This document shows positions 24,431 to 35,827 of a stretch of DNA of 64,000 nt, piece by piece (position 1 is the first letter of the stretch; each line of letters starts with the position of its first letter). The position numbers and the translations under genes are program-made. The notes below the pieces were generated by a model. That model did no database searches. It was not told the origin of the DNA and saw only the letters and a program-made list of their open reading frames with translations. Location of the stretch: positions 310,001-374,000 of the forward strand of contig RSEE01000049.1 of NCBI GenBank assembly GCA_003971905.1, in the 5' to 3' direction. Origin of the DNA: Moniliella sp. 'wahieum'. Its lineage: Eukaryota.

Positions 24431-26556
24431 TCACTGGTAGCTCTGTGAACGCGGCTGCGCATTTCCTTCAGTTAGTGCTCCTGTGGTCGTTTTCCCCTCC
24501 GTTATCTCTCCACGACCGACACCGCTCCCACTCGAAACTTCATTTAGCCTCGCGTTCGTGTTGATTAGCAGCTCCCTAGCTCTTGCAGTCAGTAGGGGCC
24601 ATCTGATTCTGGCCAGTTTGCAGGTCCCCTGCTTGATCTGTAGTGCACGCACTATAAGAACGATATCTGTTACAACAAAAGACCTCCTTGAGGGATAAAA
24701 TTGTAGGAAGCAGCAGGACAGAGATACACGTGATACAAAGAAGTGAAGAGTGAAGTCGCAAAGGCTTCCCCGACCAAAGGGTGACAGTATGCTGAGGAAA
24801 CCAAGGAAATAAATGGAGCTGAGGGTTGGTATGCTCTGTACACCCACGCCTCCAAGTAGGAGAGTGTGGGCAGACAAGGTCATGCCGAGGGTGGGTTGGA
24901 CATTAAGGTTCGGGCACAAGGGATGCTTGTGGACTGCTCCGTCCCGATGGCATCCCGCCTGAGCCACGAGCCAAGCACGGGCTTTTTGGACCCCATCCAT
25001 CCTTGAAGGTGGGAAGGAGTGACCGGGGAGGGAAGCGATGGGCCGTGCACGTTTGGCCGGCGGTTCTGGATCGGGATCTGAACCGTGTTTGGGCTCCGAA
25101 GCGAGCGTTTGGATCACGTGTGCCATCTCATCGGGTGCGATCAAGTCAAATGGTGAGTCACTGGCACGCGCAGTGCTAGGTGAAACGGGGTAGTTGGGCA
25201 GGGCAAAGCCCGGGTCCAAGTTGAATTCCTTGGCAAGCGACGGATCTTTCTTACCTACAGCGGGGTCGTCTTGTGGTGGTGCAAAAGCTGCAATAGAGTT
25301 TTTTTCAAGGTTAGTATATTATTGTTTTAGGAATGGAAAAAAAGTTTAGAGGGTGTATTGCGGAATGCTTACCTTGATCTGATCCGCGTCGCAACACCCC
25401 GCTTTGTACCATAACTTCTGACAAACGACGAATGCAGCCGACGAGCACTCTAAGCATTTGGAACATATCCCCAATATCGCGCACAGAGGCGATACCTCCT
25501 TCCTCGGCATTGAGTAGCTCGGGATGGGCTTGGATCGCCTGCATGCGTTCTTGCACCCGGACGAGCCAGGCAGCGTCAAATGAGTTTTGAGGAGGGATGT
25601 GGCCGAGGAGAAGGAGACACATGTATCCGCTGGTGGCAGTTTGGGACGAAGGCCATGCCTTGTCCTCTAGCTGGACATCTTCCGGAGAGTAGATCGGCAA
25701 GGGTAGCGCAAGAACTCGATTTGGAGTGTGCGGAAGATTCGGAAGAGGAGAGTTTGAATCGTCAATTCGACGGGCCGCGTCGTGGCTTCGATACGGTGGA
25801 AGAAGGTGCTCATATCATACCGCGGCATAGGTTCTGACGGTGCCAGCGTCGGATCTTGAACGGTATGCAGCACAGGGGAGCGCGGGGCGGACGATACAGG
25901 AGAAGGGCTGTCTTCTAGTGAGGCACGATTCATCATCTCCGATACGGATCCTATCCGTGAGCCCTTGGGGGAAGAAGGCTTGTGGTAGAGGGAAAAGGTG
26001 GAGACGGGAGGCAGTAAATGACGGTCGCCAATGCGGCGGGGCAACCTGTCAGAGGCAGGACGGGGTAAAGAAGAGCGACGCGACGGCGGGAGCGACGTGT
26101 TGGGTGTTGACGAAGGAGCCATGTCCATGGAGAAGGTGCTACCCCGCTTGCGGATCGGGCGTGGTCCGGTGGCAGTGGGGGGGACAGCATTGTAGGTGCT
26201 CCTCAGTGATGGCGGTGGGACAGGGCCCGACGGATTGCTGCCTACGTTTGAGGGAGGGTGGGCTGCGGACGCGGGGGCATTGGGCAGGTGGGGACAGGCG
26301 GTGTGACTGGGTGAGCCGCCCTGAGCAGTGTCGTGCAAGGAGTAAGCAGCTAGGCTGGGCGTGGAAAACTTGTCCGCCATGCGCTGCGGGAGGGGGGCAG
26401 GGGGGCTGGGGGGAAATATGCTGGATCGCACACATGAGGTGGCGGTCTGGTGTGAGGATGGTGGTGGTCGGGAGGGAAGGGGACAAGGGGTCTGGTGCGA
26501 GATGAAGGATACATATGCATTGAGGGGGGGAGGGTCATGTCATCGTCATTAGGCAT
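24431..26556 (-). CDS. Hypothetical protein (Pro/Ser-rich N-terminus, helical core, NLS-like PPAKRARP)
   Basis: Chain of overlapping minus-strand ORFs. A canonical intron at 25372-25288 (GTAAGC..ACTAAC..TGCAG) joins two of them in frame. No family recognised; the 3' end is uncertain. Confidence 0.55.
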
Positions 26557-26949
26557 GAAAAAGCTCGAAGAAGCATTAGGATCAGTATCATGTACTGGCT
26601 AGCCAACAGCTTCAGCCAGCGCCCACGGCCGTACGAACAGGCCATTTCTATAGGGCCGCGCGCGACCTACCGCACAGCGGCAGCATGTGCGGGCCGTCTA
26701 TTAGACATGGTGCATTATGTAGCGAAGACCTTGCCACGGCGGGCCATTCCGGGAAGACAGCCGGGAGGCACAGCTGGCCACATCGCGGGCGTCGCGCATA
26801 CGGACGGCAACCAGCGCTGCTTACGCGCTTACGCGCTACGCTCCCTGGGGGGGGCGCAGCCGTACCAGGCCGTACCCGTACGGCGCGGACCGGCGCGTAT
26901 CCCAGGAGGTGTCAGGGTGGGTTGATCGTGGGTGGACGAAAATATGAAT

Positions 26950-29900
26950 GGCCAATCGCCGTTGATCGATGATCATCGACCACGCGCACGTACTAGCCAT
27001 GTCCGCGGACCTGATGCCCACGGCCTCACAGCGCTGGAAGGCTTCTATCACAATTGGCACCACCTTGGTATCCAATTGTGGCACCAGCACTCAGCCATGG
27101 CTCAGCGGCCTCAGGGCCTCAGCGCCTCCCCTCCAATTCTGCCGGTATCCGCGATATCCCCTACAGGGTGGATATCATCTTCTCTGACGCTTGACGTCGA
27201 GAAGGGGTGGGCATATGTAGTCGCCGTTCGGGCAGCGACTAGTGACTAGCAACGCGTGACGAGCTAGTGATGCATGAGGGCGACTAGGTGACTCTGCAAG
27301 TGACCGGTGAGTGCCGGTGATCCGGCCGGTGACCCGGCGACCACGACGCCGATCATCGATCAGTCTGCAAGGATTAATGATCGTAATCCCTACCGACTAA
27401 TACACACGCTCAACTTCAACCAACGCTTAGCGCTTAGGCTAAGCGCTAAGCGCTAAAAATGAATTAATAATTAAATTTTTATTTTTATCTTCGTGATCAT
27501 CCATCATCCATCACCGATCGTGCTGGCGTACGCGTTGTTTGTGTACAGGTAGGTGTACAAGTGTACTTGTGTACCTGTGGGGGAAACCTCGATCACGGAA
27601 CCAGTATCACGTCCCCTCAGGCCTCAGGCCTCACCCGCCTGAGGCCTCGGACCAGGCACCGAGGCCTCATGAGATCTGAGATCTCCCTATTTGCTACTGT
27701 AGAGAGGAGGGTAAAAAAGGTGGGTCCCTGTCATGCAGGTCATGCAGCTCGTCAAATTCATTTCTACTTGGTCTCCTCGTCTACTCATAAAAAAATGTGG
27801 GAAACGCGTCTGGTCTGCCACTACTGCCACTGACGACGTAAGGCGCTCAGCGCTCACCAGTGAGTAGTGAGTACTCTCAGCGCGGCCAGCCCAGGATATC
27901 GGCGGTATGATTTTGCCTCTCCACTGGCGTGGAACGGTGGAACGGGTGGCAAAGGTGGCGAGCAGGCAGAGAGGAAGCCCCAGTAAACCGGGCCGTAAGC
28001 CCGGTGGTCCCCTAGTGCCGTATTCCTTTAAATTTGCACAAAACTCCCACACTGCACTTCTGTTGTGGTTTTAGACAAAGAAACGTTTTCAGCTCCCTCA
28101 CAGGCTAGTCTCTCTACTACCCTCCCAGCTCTCACATCTCCTTTTTCTCGTTCTTTACGCGGTCTCTAATATAGTATTCGTTTCCCTTCAAACGGGGCTT
28201 GCTGTTGACAACTTTTATTGAGGCCTTCTCGCACATTTTCCCTCTTCTTTGCCTTAAGTTGTCCGGCGGCTGTGTTGCTATCATAGTCCCGTGGGTCACT
28301 AGCTGCACTGTTGCACTCGTGTGCACTCTCTTCTCAATTTTCTCACATTCTCAGAGATGATCACATCTCTCCTCCTTCAGCTTCATGCTTCACGCGTCAC
28401 GCGCCAACACGGATCACTATATTGATCCTATCTATCCTATCTCCAATGCTCAGTGCGCTCAGTGACCAGTGCTCCTCAGTGCTCAGTGACTAGTGAGCAG
28501 TGCTCAGTACTCAGTAACTCAGTACTCACGCTCACGGTGCACAGACAAAACCATACATACGGTTCTAGTTCCTTTTCCCGAAAGACCTCTCTGAAGGTCC
28601 CAGCTTCACCTATCTTTATCTTTAATTACCATATGGCAGGACCCATCAAAACGTGCCAACAACCCTACTGCCCCCCGACCTATACGCACGAACGTAGCAG
28701 AGCCTATATGGAGAAAAGTGGAGAGTGCGGGGCAACCGATAACCGTTAACCGGTAGCCGGTAATTCGGGTAAGCACAATGCTATAATCGACAAAGGACCC
28801 TACTGTGTTGCATGTTATACCACCGTCCCAACAGGTAACAGTACTATAGTGTAGTCACTCGCCGTCACTAGTCACTGTCACTGTCATGTCCATGTCATTG
28901 GAATATCTTATGTGCTGAGCCTCAGCGCTGTGAGGCGTGAGGTCACGCCTAAGGGCGTGAGGTCACGCCTAAGGGCGTGAGGAGGCCTGAGCATGAGGCC
29001 AGGCAACCACGTTACGTTCACTGTTTACTATAGTCATTTATTCAGTAGATAGCGTGAAAAGGGCAGTGGACAACTGTTTGATGTGTTATCAATAACCAGT
29101 GGGACCGTTACTGATGGATGTTTTGCCTACTACTCAGGGGTAGATGACAGGCGATAGATGTATAGTGGCAGGGAGATAGGTTGATGGTGGGGAAGATAGA
29201 GCACGTAAAGCTTAAAGCCTTCTTCAGCTACAAAAGTATATAGACGTTCCATGCTATGTATCCATCCGGCTTGAGATCCTTCTGAGAGCTTGAAGCTTGA
29301 TATCCTTGAAGCTTGAAGCTCAAGCTTTTTGAGACTTGAGACTTGAGAGTCCATCGGAAGAAGCGAAAGAGCGTGTCATCCTGCCAATTAAATGATGTCA
29401 AGGCCCACGATGACTCGATGACAAGCATACGCCGGACTAACTGAGCCTGAGCGCACAAGTTTATATGTACAACGCGTCGGGTCATAGTGAACTTTTGTTG
29501 GATGTGTGGTAACAGCACGGTATATGTGGCAACTTATACTAGCGACGTCTTATTCACTCCCCTATGGAGACCTCAATGGATGCTGAGGCGCTGAGGGCGC
29601 TGAGGCTAGTAGTGAAGCAAAGATGGATAGGATAGTTGCGTAGGCGATCGATTGCGAGGGCGAAAGATGAGCGCTCAGGCTGAGCATTGGTAGTCGGAGG
29701 CACCTACATAGAGGAGAAAATTATTGGTCGCTGAGCTGAGGCGCTGAGGCTCAGCGCTCACCGGCACCGTGAGCGGCCACCAGTCTCTCTGCTCCCAAGT
29801 CACTGGCTCGGATACTTACGTGACGCGCTTGACGCGTGACGCGTATCCACGCGCTCGCCGCATCAAATGCCGCATTGGATCCCATGTCACAGTCGGCGTA

Positions 29901-30050
29901 GTCTCCGCGGAGTCCCGGGGGTTAATCACTCACTACTCAGCTAATCACTCTCGTCACTAGTCACGTACTAGTCACTACGCCACTTCGGTATAGTCACTAA
30001 TGACCAACGAGATCGATGAAAGACCAACAGAAAAGTGCTCCGCGAGAGCC
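26950..30050. repeat. Gene-free tract dense in TNA-centred 7-bp periodic palindromic micro-repeats
   Basis: e.g. TTA gcgc TTA..TAA gcgc TAA gcgc TAA (27427-27456), TCA ggcc TCA ggcc TCA (27617-27633), TGA agct TGA (about 29291-29316). Confidence 0.85.
27682..28015 (+). mobile_element. Non-autonomous Helitron-like element, copy D
   Basis: The 3' ~90 bp is homologous to 30770-30881 (GCGTGGAACGGTGGAACGG..). Hairpin ACCGGGC-CGTAA-GCCCGGT (27987-28005), then CTAG|T. The 5' end at A|TCTCCCTAT is tentative. Confidence 0.6.
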
Positions 30051-30137
30051 TGCTCGCTCAGGCCATTCCAGACCGGTTCCTTATAAAGACGGTGCTAAGA
30101 TGTTCCTGGTAACCGCAATACTATATCCAGTCGTCCA

Positions 30138-30881
30138 TCTCTCTATGCTAACCATATCATTGACAGAGCTTAAGGCTAGGACAAAGAAGCGCACAACGCC
30201 TAAACCGACCCGTTCATCTTGCGTATGCTGCTTGGTAGCGCCAACCCCGCTTAAGGAACCAGTAGGGGAATCGCCAGGAGATCAGGACCCTCTGGTACCC
30301 GCCATCCGTTCCCATACCCGAGGTAGCGCGTGTGGATACGGATGAACGTGGTAGGCATCCGAGCGAGAAACCATTTCCATTGAGAGTCAGTACTCAATAG
30401 TCAAAACCTGCCAGTGCACAAGCATCTTTCCCGCTGTCTTGGTGCCGTAGTATCCTCGCGTCGTCAAGACCAGGGGGAAAAACGGCTCTTGGGTGCGTCA
30501 AGTGCCCAGGACCTGCCGTCCATCCTCCCGAATCTGGTCCCGGTTCCGCTCGACGCACTTGCGCAAGTTGAGCGTGAGGCCTGGCGTGTCGTCTTCCAAA
30601 ATCTCCGCATGTCTTGTATAGGTACGGCATCACCAGGTGCCCCGGCGGCAGCTCCTTTTCCAACTTCTCCAGTGTTGGCCGCACCGCGAGATGAAGAAGA
30701 AAAAGGGGGCGAGGGGATCGCCCTGCGAACGCTATCTACCGATATAACGCCCCAGCGTGGAAGGGTTTCAGCGTGGAACGGTGGAACGGTGGACCGGTGG
30801 CACGGTGGTTACGGTTGCGACGCAGCACCAAGCTGGGGCGACGCCCCAGCTGACCGGGCCGTAGGCCCGATGGTCTCCTCG
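30138..30881 (+). mobile_element. Non-autonomous Helitron-like element, copy B (longest)
   Basis: A|TCTCTCTAT 5' end. About 340 bp co-linear with 2512-2860. Subterminal hairpins AGCTGGGGCG-A-CGCCCCAGCT (30831-30851) and CGGGCC-GTA-GGCCCG (30855-30869). End CTCG|T. Confidence 0.78.
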
Positions 30882-30882
30882 T

Positions 30883-31135
30883 GAGCTTTTAAGGCCGGGA
30901 CGAAGAAACGCTGCGCTTAAAACCGAGCCGCTCATCCGGCGTGTGTTGCTTGTTGGCGCCAAATCCGTTTAATAGAGGGAACTATTAGGAGAGTCGTCAC
31001 AGCAAATGAGGACCCTCTGGTGCCCCCCCAACCGTTCCCACACCCGAGGTAACAGCGCGTGTGGATACATATGAACATGGTAGACATCCGAGCAGTGGTG
31101 AACCACAGCTCCATTGAGACTCTGTATAGTCAAAG
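30883..31135 (+). mobile_element. Degenerate partial copy C of the same Helitron-like family, abutting copy B
   Basis: Co-linear with 30166-30410 (e.g. TCATCCGGCGTGTG, CCGTTCCCA.ACCCGAGGT, GCGCGTGTGGATAC, ATAGTCAAA). Lacks the first ~28 bp. Confidence 0.7.
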
Positions 31136-32240
31136 ACTGGTATAAAAATGAACATGGTCAGTCGTCCATTTACTGCTAATACCGGCTGTGTATAGTGTCA
31201 TTCCAGCATCTTCTTCAAATCGTGAGCTCCATGTGGTCTTCGATCCTGCTGCTGAGAGACGGGAATGGAAACACCCCGGGACGGATCACAACTGTGATTT
31301 TATGTCTGTGTTTTACCGGTTACCGGGGCTCCGAGGGCCGTTCTCGATCAACGAACACCAAGATCACCTCTCTAAGCCATACTGATAGACTTGGTCTTCT
31401 CAGATCTCATCCGAGGAATTGACCGCGCTGAGAGGCTGAGCGCTGCGCTGAGTGCGCTGAGTCCGGATTCGATCATGTGTTGTTCGATCGGGCCCCAGAC
31501 CAGTATGGCGCCCGACGCCATGATGCATGATCCCTGCCTCTTCTTTTCTCTGCTGGGCCTATAGTCCCACATCCTGTCTCTGAAAAACTGCCACCGCATC
31601 ACAGCTTTGCGATCCAACAGACACGCTGGCAGACGTAGGCCAATACTGTGCAGTGCCATAGAAACCTTTTGCTTTGTGCGATGTATATAGTGCTGACTGT
31701 GCACGGGTGAAGAGCGAAGCTCCATCTACTGCAGGAAGAGGCTGAGGGGCGGGACCAGATGAGTATATAGAAGGAGGCGGTGGGGTTTGCTTTCTTGAAA
31801 GTGCCGGATTGAAGCTGTACTAATGAGATGTGAGCGCGAGCTGTGTGGGTGGTTACACTTTATTTTGGCTGTGTGTAAACAAAACGTGGCTGGGCTCTCC
31901 GCCGAGCGGGTGTACTTTAGAGTCTCTCGGGCGCTGGCGAGCTTGATGAGCTTGATGGAACTGGTAAAATGAGAGGGATTGTGGGGTTTTTACATTAGGC
32001 CGAGGCTGAGTGCGGCGAAGGCTTAATTTCTGAGACCGGGAGGCGCTGGGGCAGGCACAGCGCCAGTCTGCGCCCGCTCGCATACCGATGCGCGCTGGCC
32101 AGTGGCCTCGTGCTGGCGATTTAACCACTCCACCATGGAAGGCCGGTGGGCTGCGAAAACTTTCTTGTCTCCACCCTGACCCCACTCTCTGCAACCACAT
32201 CATCGTCCATCATCCACCGCGCCCAGGGCTCCATCGCCTT

Positions 32241-33643
32241 ATGCACTACTGGTCCTACACCGTTGTTGCGGGCCTCGTTGCTCTGACTGGCGCAACCACC
32301 GCTGCTGCCGCTGTACAGGCCGGCTTCACCAATAGCACCATCACCCTCTCCGACGCTACTGGCTCCGGCACCGCGTCCTCCCTCTCCCAACATGGTATCG
32401 CCCCCAATGGCTGGGCGTGGGACTTGTCTGCCCCCACTGCCCCCACGTCCGTCTCCAGGCGGGGTATGATTCGACGTGCTGCCACCCATTCGGCTGAAGA
32501 CTGGGTCAAGGAAAACCTCAACCTGTACAATGGCCGGTTTGCTGCCAACCCCGGCAACCTGCTCTTCACCTCCGATCCAGCCAGCTCCAGCTCGGGGAAC
32601 AGTAGCCAAGTCCTCTCTGTCACCTATGGCGCCAATTCGTACGGCCTTCACTCTAATCCCCCGGTGGCACCGCATTCTACCCTCAGCCTTTCCTTAGCAA
32701 TACGAGTGGTATATCAAATACCGACACGCCCTACCTGGTGGCCTCTCACACTGCTGGGCAAACCAACGCATCCGATACATCGCGTCCCCAACTCGCGCTT
32801 ACCTACTCTGTCTACTTTCCCCCGGATTTTGATTTTGTCAGGGCGGTAAGTTGCCCGGCTTGTATTCATCTGTTGGTGCGATCAGCCTTTCCTCCATCAA
32901 TGCCTCCACCTCGAGCTGTGAGGGGGGGTCCCTTGATGGTACCGGTACCTCTTGTTGGTCCGCTCGAGTGATGTGGCGCGCAGGTGGCCAAGGGGAGATC
33001 TACGTTTACATCCCACAACACTTGAGTGGGGGTACAAGCTTTGCCCACCCAAAAAGGCGACGGCCAAAGGCACCAGCATCATTTGCAATTCAGACTATGG
33101 CATCTCTCTGGGGCGCGGCTCCTTTACTTTCCAGAAGGGTAGCTGGACCAACCTTGCGCTCTACGTCCAGATCAACCAGCCGAATGTTGCCAATGGAGTC
33201 ATTGAGCTCTATGTCAACGGTGCCTCCACTCCAGCAGCTTCACTCAGTGGTGTCGCCTTCCGCACCGCCACTGTCAATGCCGGATCGACAACCCCATCCA
33301 ACCATATGGCCTCCCATGTACGCCGAGACGATTGGGACACTAATGGCCAAACATGGGTGGACAAGATCATGTTTACTTCATTCTTTGGTGGATCTTCATC
33401 AGATTGGGCGACGCCCACTGCAACCCAAACCTATTTTAAAGATGTCGCAGTAAGTACAGTCCCTTTTACGCCTTTAACCCTTGAGATCCTTTCGCTGACT
33501 CTTCTAAGCTGTTTGCGGGAGAGGCTTTCTCTTCTGCTGAAGGCAAATCCTTCACTCCTAGCCCAGCTCCTCGCCTGATCAGCACTTCCTCCGTTTGGAT
33601 CAACCTACTCATTGTGACGATGGCGATGGGAATCCTACTCTAA
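32241..33643 (+). CDS. Polysaccharide lyase family 14 (alginate/glucuronan lyase-like), secreted, possibly GPI-anchored
   Basis: Signal peptide. YSVYFPPDFDFVR(G)GKLPGLY, CWSARVMWRAGGQGEIYVY, SDYGISLGRGSFTF..GSW, FTSFFGGSSSDWATP. Intron 33450-33508. Last exon ends in a hydrophobic tail VWINLLIVTMAMGILL*. Confidence 0.9.
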
Positions 33644-33837
33644 ACCCCTGCTTCCATGTGGTCCATTCAACTTTCATACCCTTCTTGCTGCTCCTGCTGC
33701 ATCATCTCTTATTCCATGAAGGACGTTGTCCTACCCATCTGTGATCAAACAAGAGGATGCGGTAGATTGATGGCGATGATGTACATTTGTAGGAGCTTGC
33801 CCAATTGGCAGCAAATGTTGAAGTAGACCACCAATGT

Positions 33838-35527
33838 TCACTTATTGCTTTCACTCCGGCTTGCGTTGCCTCCACTTTCATCTTCATCTTCGCTTTCGCT
33901 TTCGCTTTCGCTTTGACTCTCCTCGCTCTCCCACCCCACTGTGCCCTCGAGAATGAGGGCAACTCGACGAGGCGTGCCCCCTTGGCCTAACAGGCCTGAT
34001 TCCGAAAGCGGTAGGGCCAAAATTTCTTCCGAGGGACGTACGATCCTCCTTGGGTAATCCGTAACCAAGGTGAACTTATACTCAGGTCGCATCTGAGCCA
34101 ACTCTGTCTCCTCAAACTCTGTTCCCTCGTCGCTTTCAGGGAGAGGCGAAGCCAACTCGATTGCCGCAAAAAGGGCCTCCGCCTTACTTTCGGGAGCGAG
34201 GTGCAAGGTTGTCCTTGCCCCCGAGGGCAACCGAATGACAAACTCCACCTTGCTCCTTGGGGCAGGAACCGAAGTTCCTCCCACCAGCACGTCCGAATGC
34301 TCCTGTCCCTCGGCCATCTTGGCCGCCCACATTCTCCAAGCCACATACCGCGCCTTGAGTTGAACCTGGGCTTGTCGTTTGCTTTCTTCTTCCTTTTCCT
34401 TTTGTTCGACCAAGTGGGCCTCGGCACGTTTAGCCGCGATCCGGTCCGCGTCCCGCTGGGCTGCACGAGCATAGGCCTCCTCCTGTTCGATGCGCCACTC
34501 GCGTTCGACCTGCTTGGCCCGTTCCTCATCTTGTAGTGAGGTGAGGAAAGGCAAAACACGGGGCAAGACGACTTGCTCCAGTTGGGTGGTCAACTGAGCT
34601 ACGCTCACCCCATCTCCTTGCTGGCGCGAAATCACCGAGAGACGAACCCTCCCCCCTGGCCGCGCGGCTGGGAGGCTACAAAGGCCACAAACGGATAGTC
34701 GTTCGCATGAAGAATACGAGCGACCTGGACAGCCTCCTTGCCTGCCGATACGTCGCCAGCCCAGAGAAGCACATTATGCTGGTGCAGGAGTTCATCCAGC
34801 TGCGGGTTGAGCAGTGTCGTGCGCAAATACTCCTTTGCCGCATCATCATCTTGCCCCGAGTCAAGTGCAATGGCCAGCACTTGGTGCCCACTCTTGGCTC
34901 GTGCGACGGCCTGCTCATATGGAATAGAGAGCAAGGCCGTAGGTATGCGCAGGTCCGTTTTGGGTCCTGCACTCGCATGACGCGGAGTTAGTTCCGCCGT
35001 CGTCTCCAGTGCCGTCGAAGTACCCGAAACTGGTTCAGGCGGAGCAAACTCGCCCCAGTCACAAAACGTCTGTAAACGTTCGCGGTACCGTGCCGCCGCC
35101 AGTGCCGGATCCGCCGTGCCCATGACCCATCCAGATCGCGAAGGAGGGGGGAAGAAAACGAAGGCAACAGCGCACGGAGCGGCAGCCAGCGCGAGAGGAA
35201 GAGCAGTAGCGCCTGGAGCAGTTGCCAGGGCTTGGAGAGTACCATGGTCAGACCACCGGGACCAGTGGGAGAAGGATTGAGACGAGGACGAGGACGAGGA
35301 GGGTAGGCATGAGGGCGGGCACGGCGTGGGCGCTCCGAGGGAGGGGTGGGCAAAGGGGGTTGGCCATTGAGCCTCTGCTCAGCTCCGACGCTGTCTAGGA
35401 CCATGGCGCGCGCCGCACGGACGTTTCCGCCTGTAACGGCGAGCAGAACATCGAGGGCGTCGTCGTCCGGCTGGCTGGAGGGCGGCAGAACAGTGGCGAG
35501 CTCAGCGCGGAGAGCAGCGGCCGACAT
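33838..35527 (-). CDS. UBA-UAS-UBX domain Cdc48/p97 cofactor (Ubx2/FAF2-like)
   Basis: N-terminal UBA-like LDVLLAVTGGNVRAARAMVL, hydrophobic hairpin, UAS (YEQAVARAK..LLWAGDVS..EAVQVARILHANDYPFVAFV), coiled coil (RIEQEEAYARAAQRD), UBX (FVIRLPSGAR..FTLVTDYPRR). Confidence 0.88.
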
Positions 35528-35827
35528 GGCGAGTGATGGAGCGGTGTAGCAGGGAGCTAGCCCCCCCTCTCTCTGGGGTCCAGGCTGAGGTTAGGCCTTA
35601 GGCTAAGGCGTAAGCCTTAGGGCCGTGCGGTGGCATCACGTGATCGCCACCCAGTCCCTGACGTAATCCGCGGACAGTGGTGCGGAATGGGGCCCAGGCG
35701 GGCGGAAGCAAAGAGAAATTTCCCGCTGTTTTTTTTTTAGCTGCGAAGTTGGTTGGCTGGCGCTTTCGCGTCAACCTTCGCCTCTCCTCCGACACCGCCG
35801 ATCCCACCTTTCCCTCCCCCAACAACC

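Noticed and set aside
24800..25000. Possible homeodomain (mating-type HD1) in the orphan gene (KARAWLV..HP)
   Set aside because: No WF.N.R helix-3 motif found and no divergent HD2 partner.
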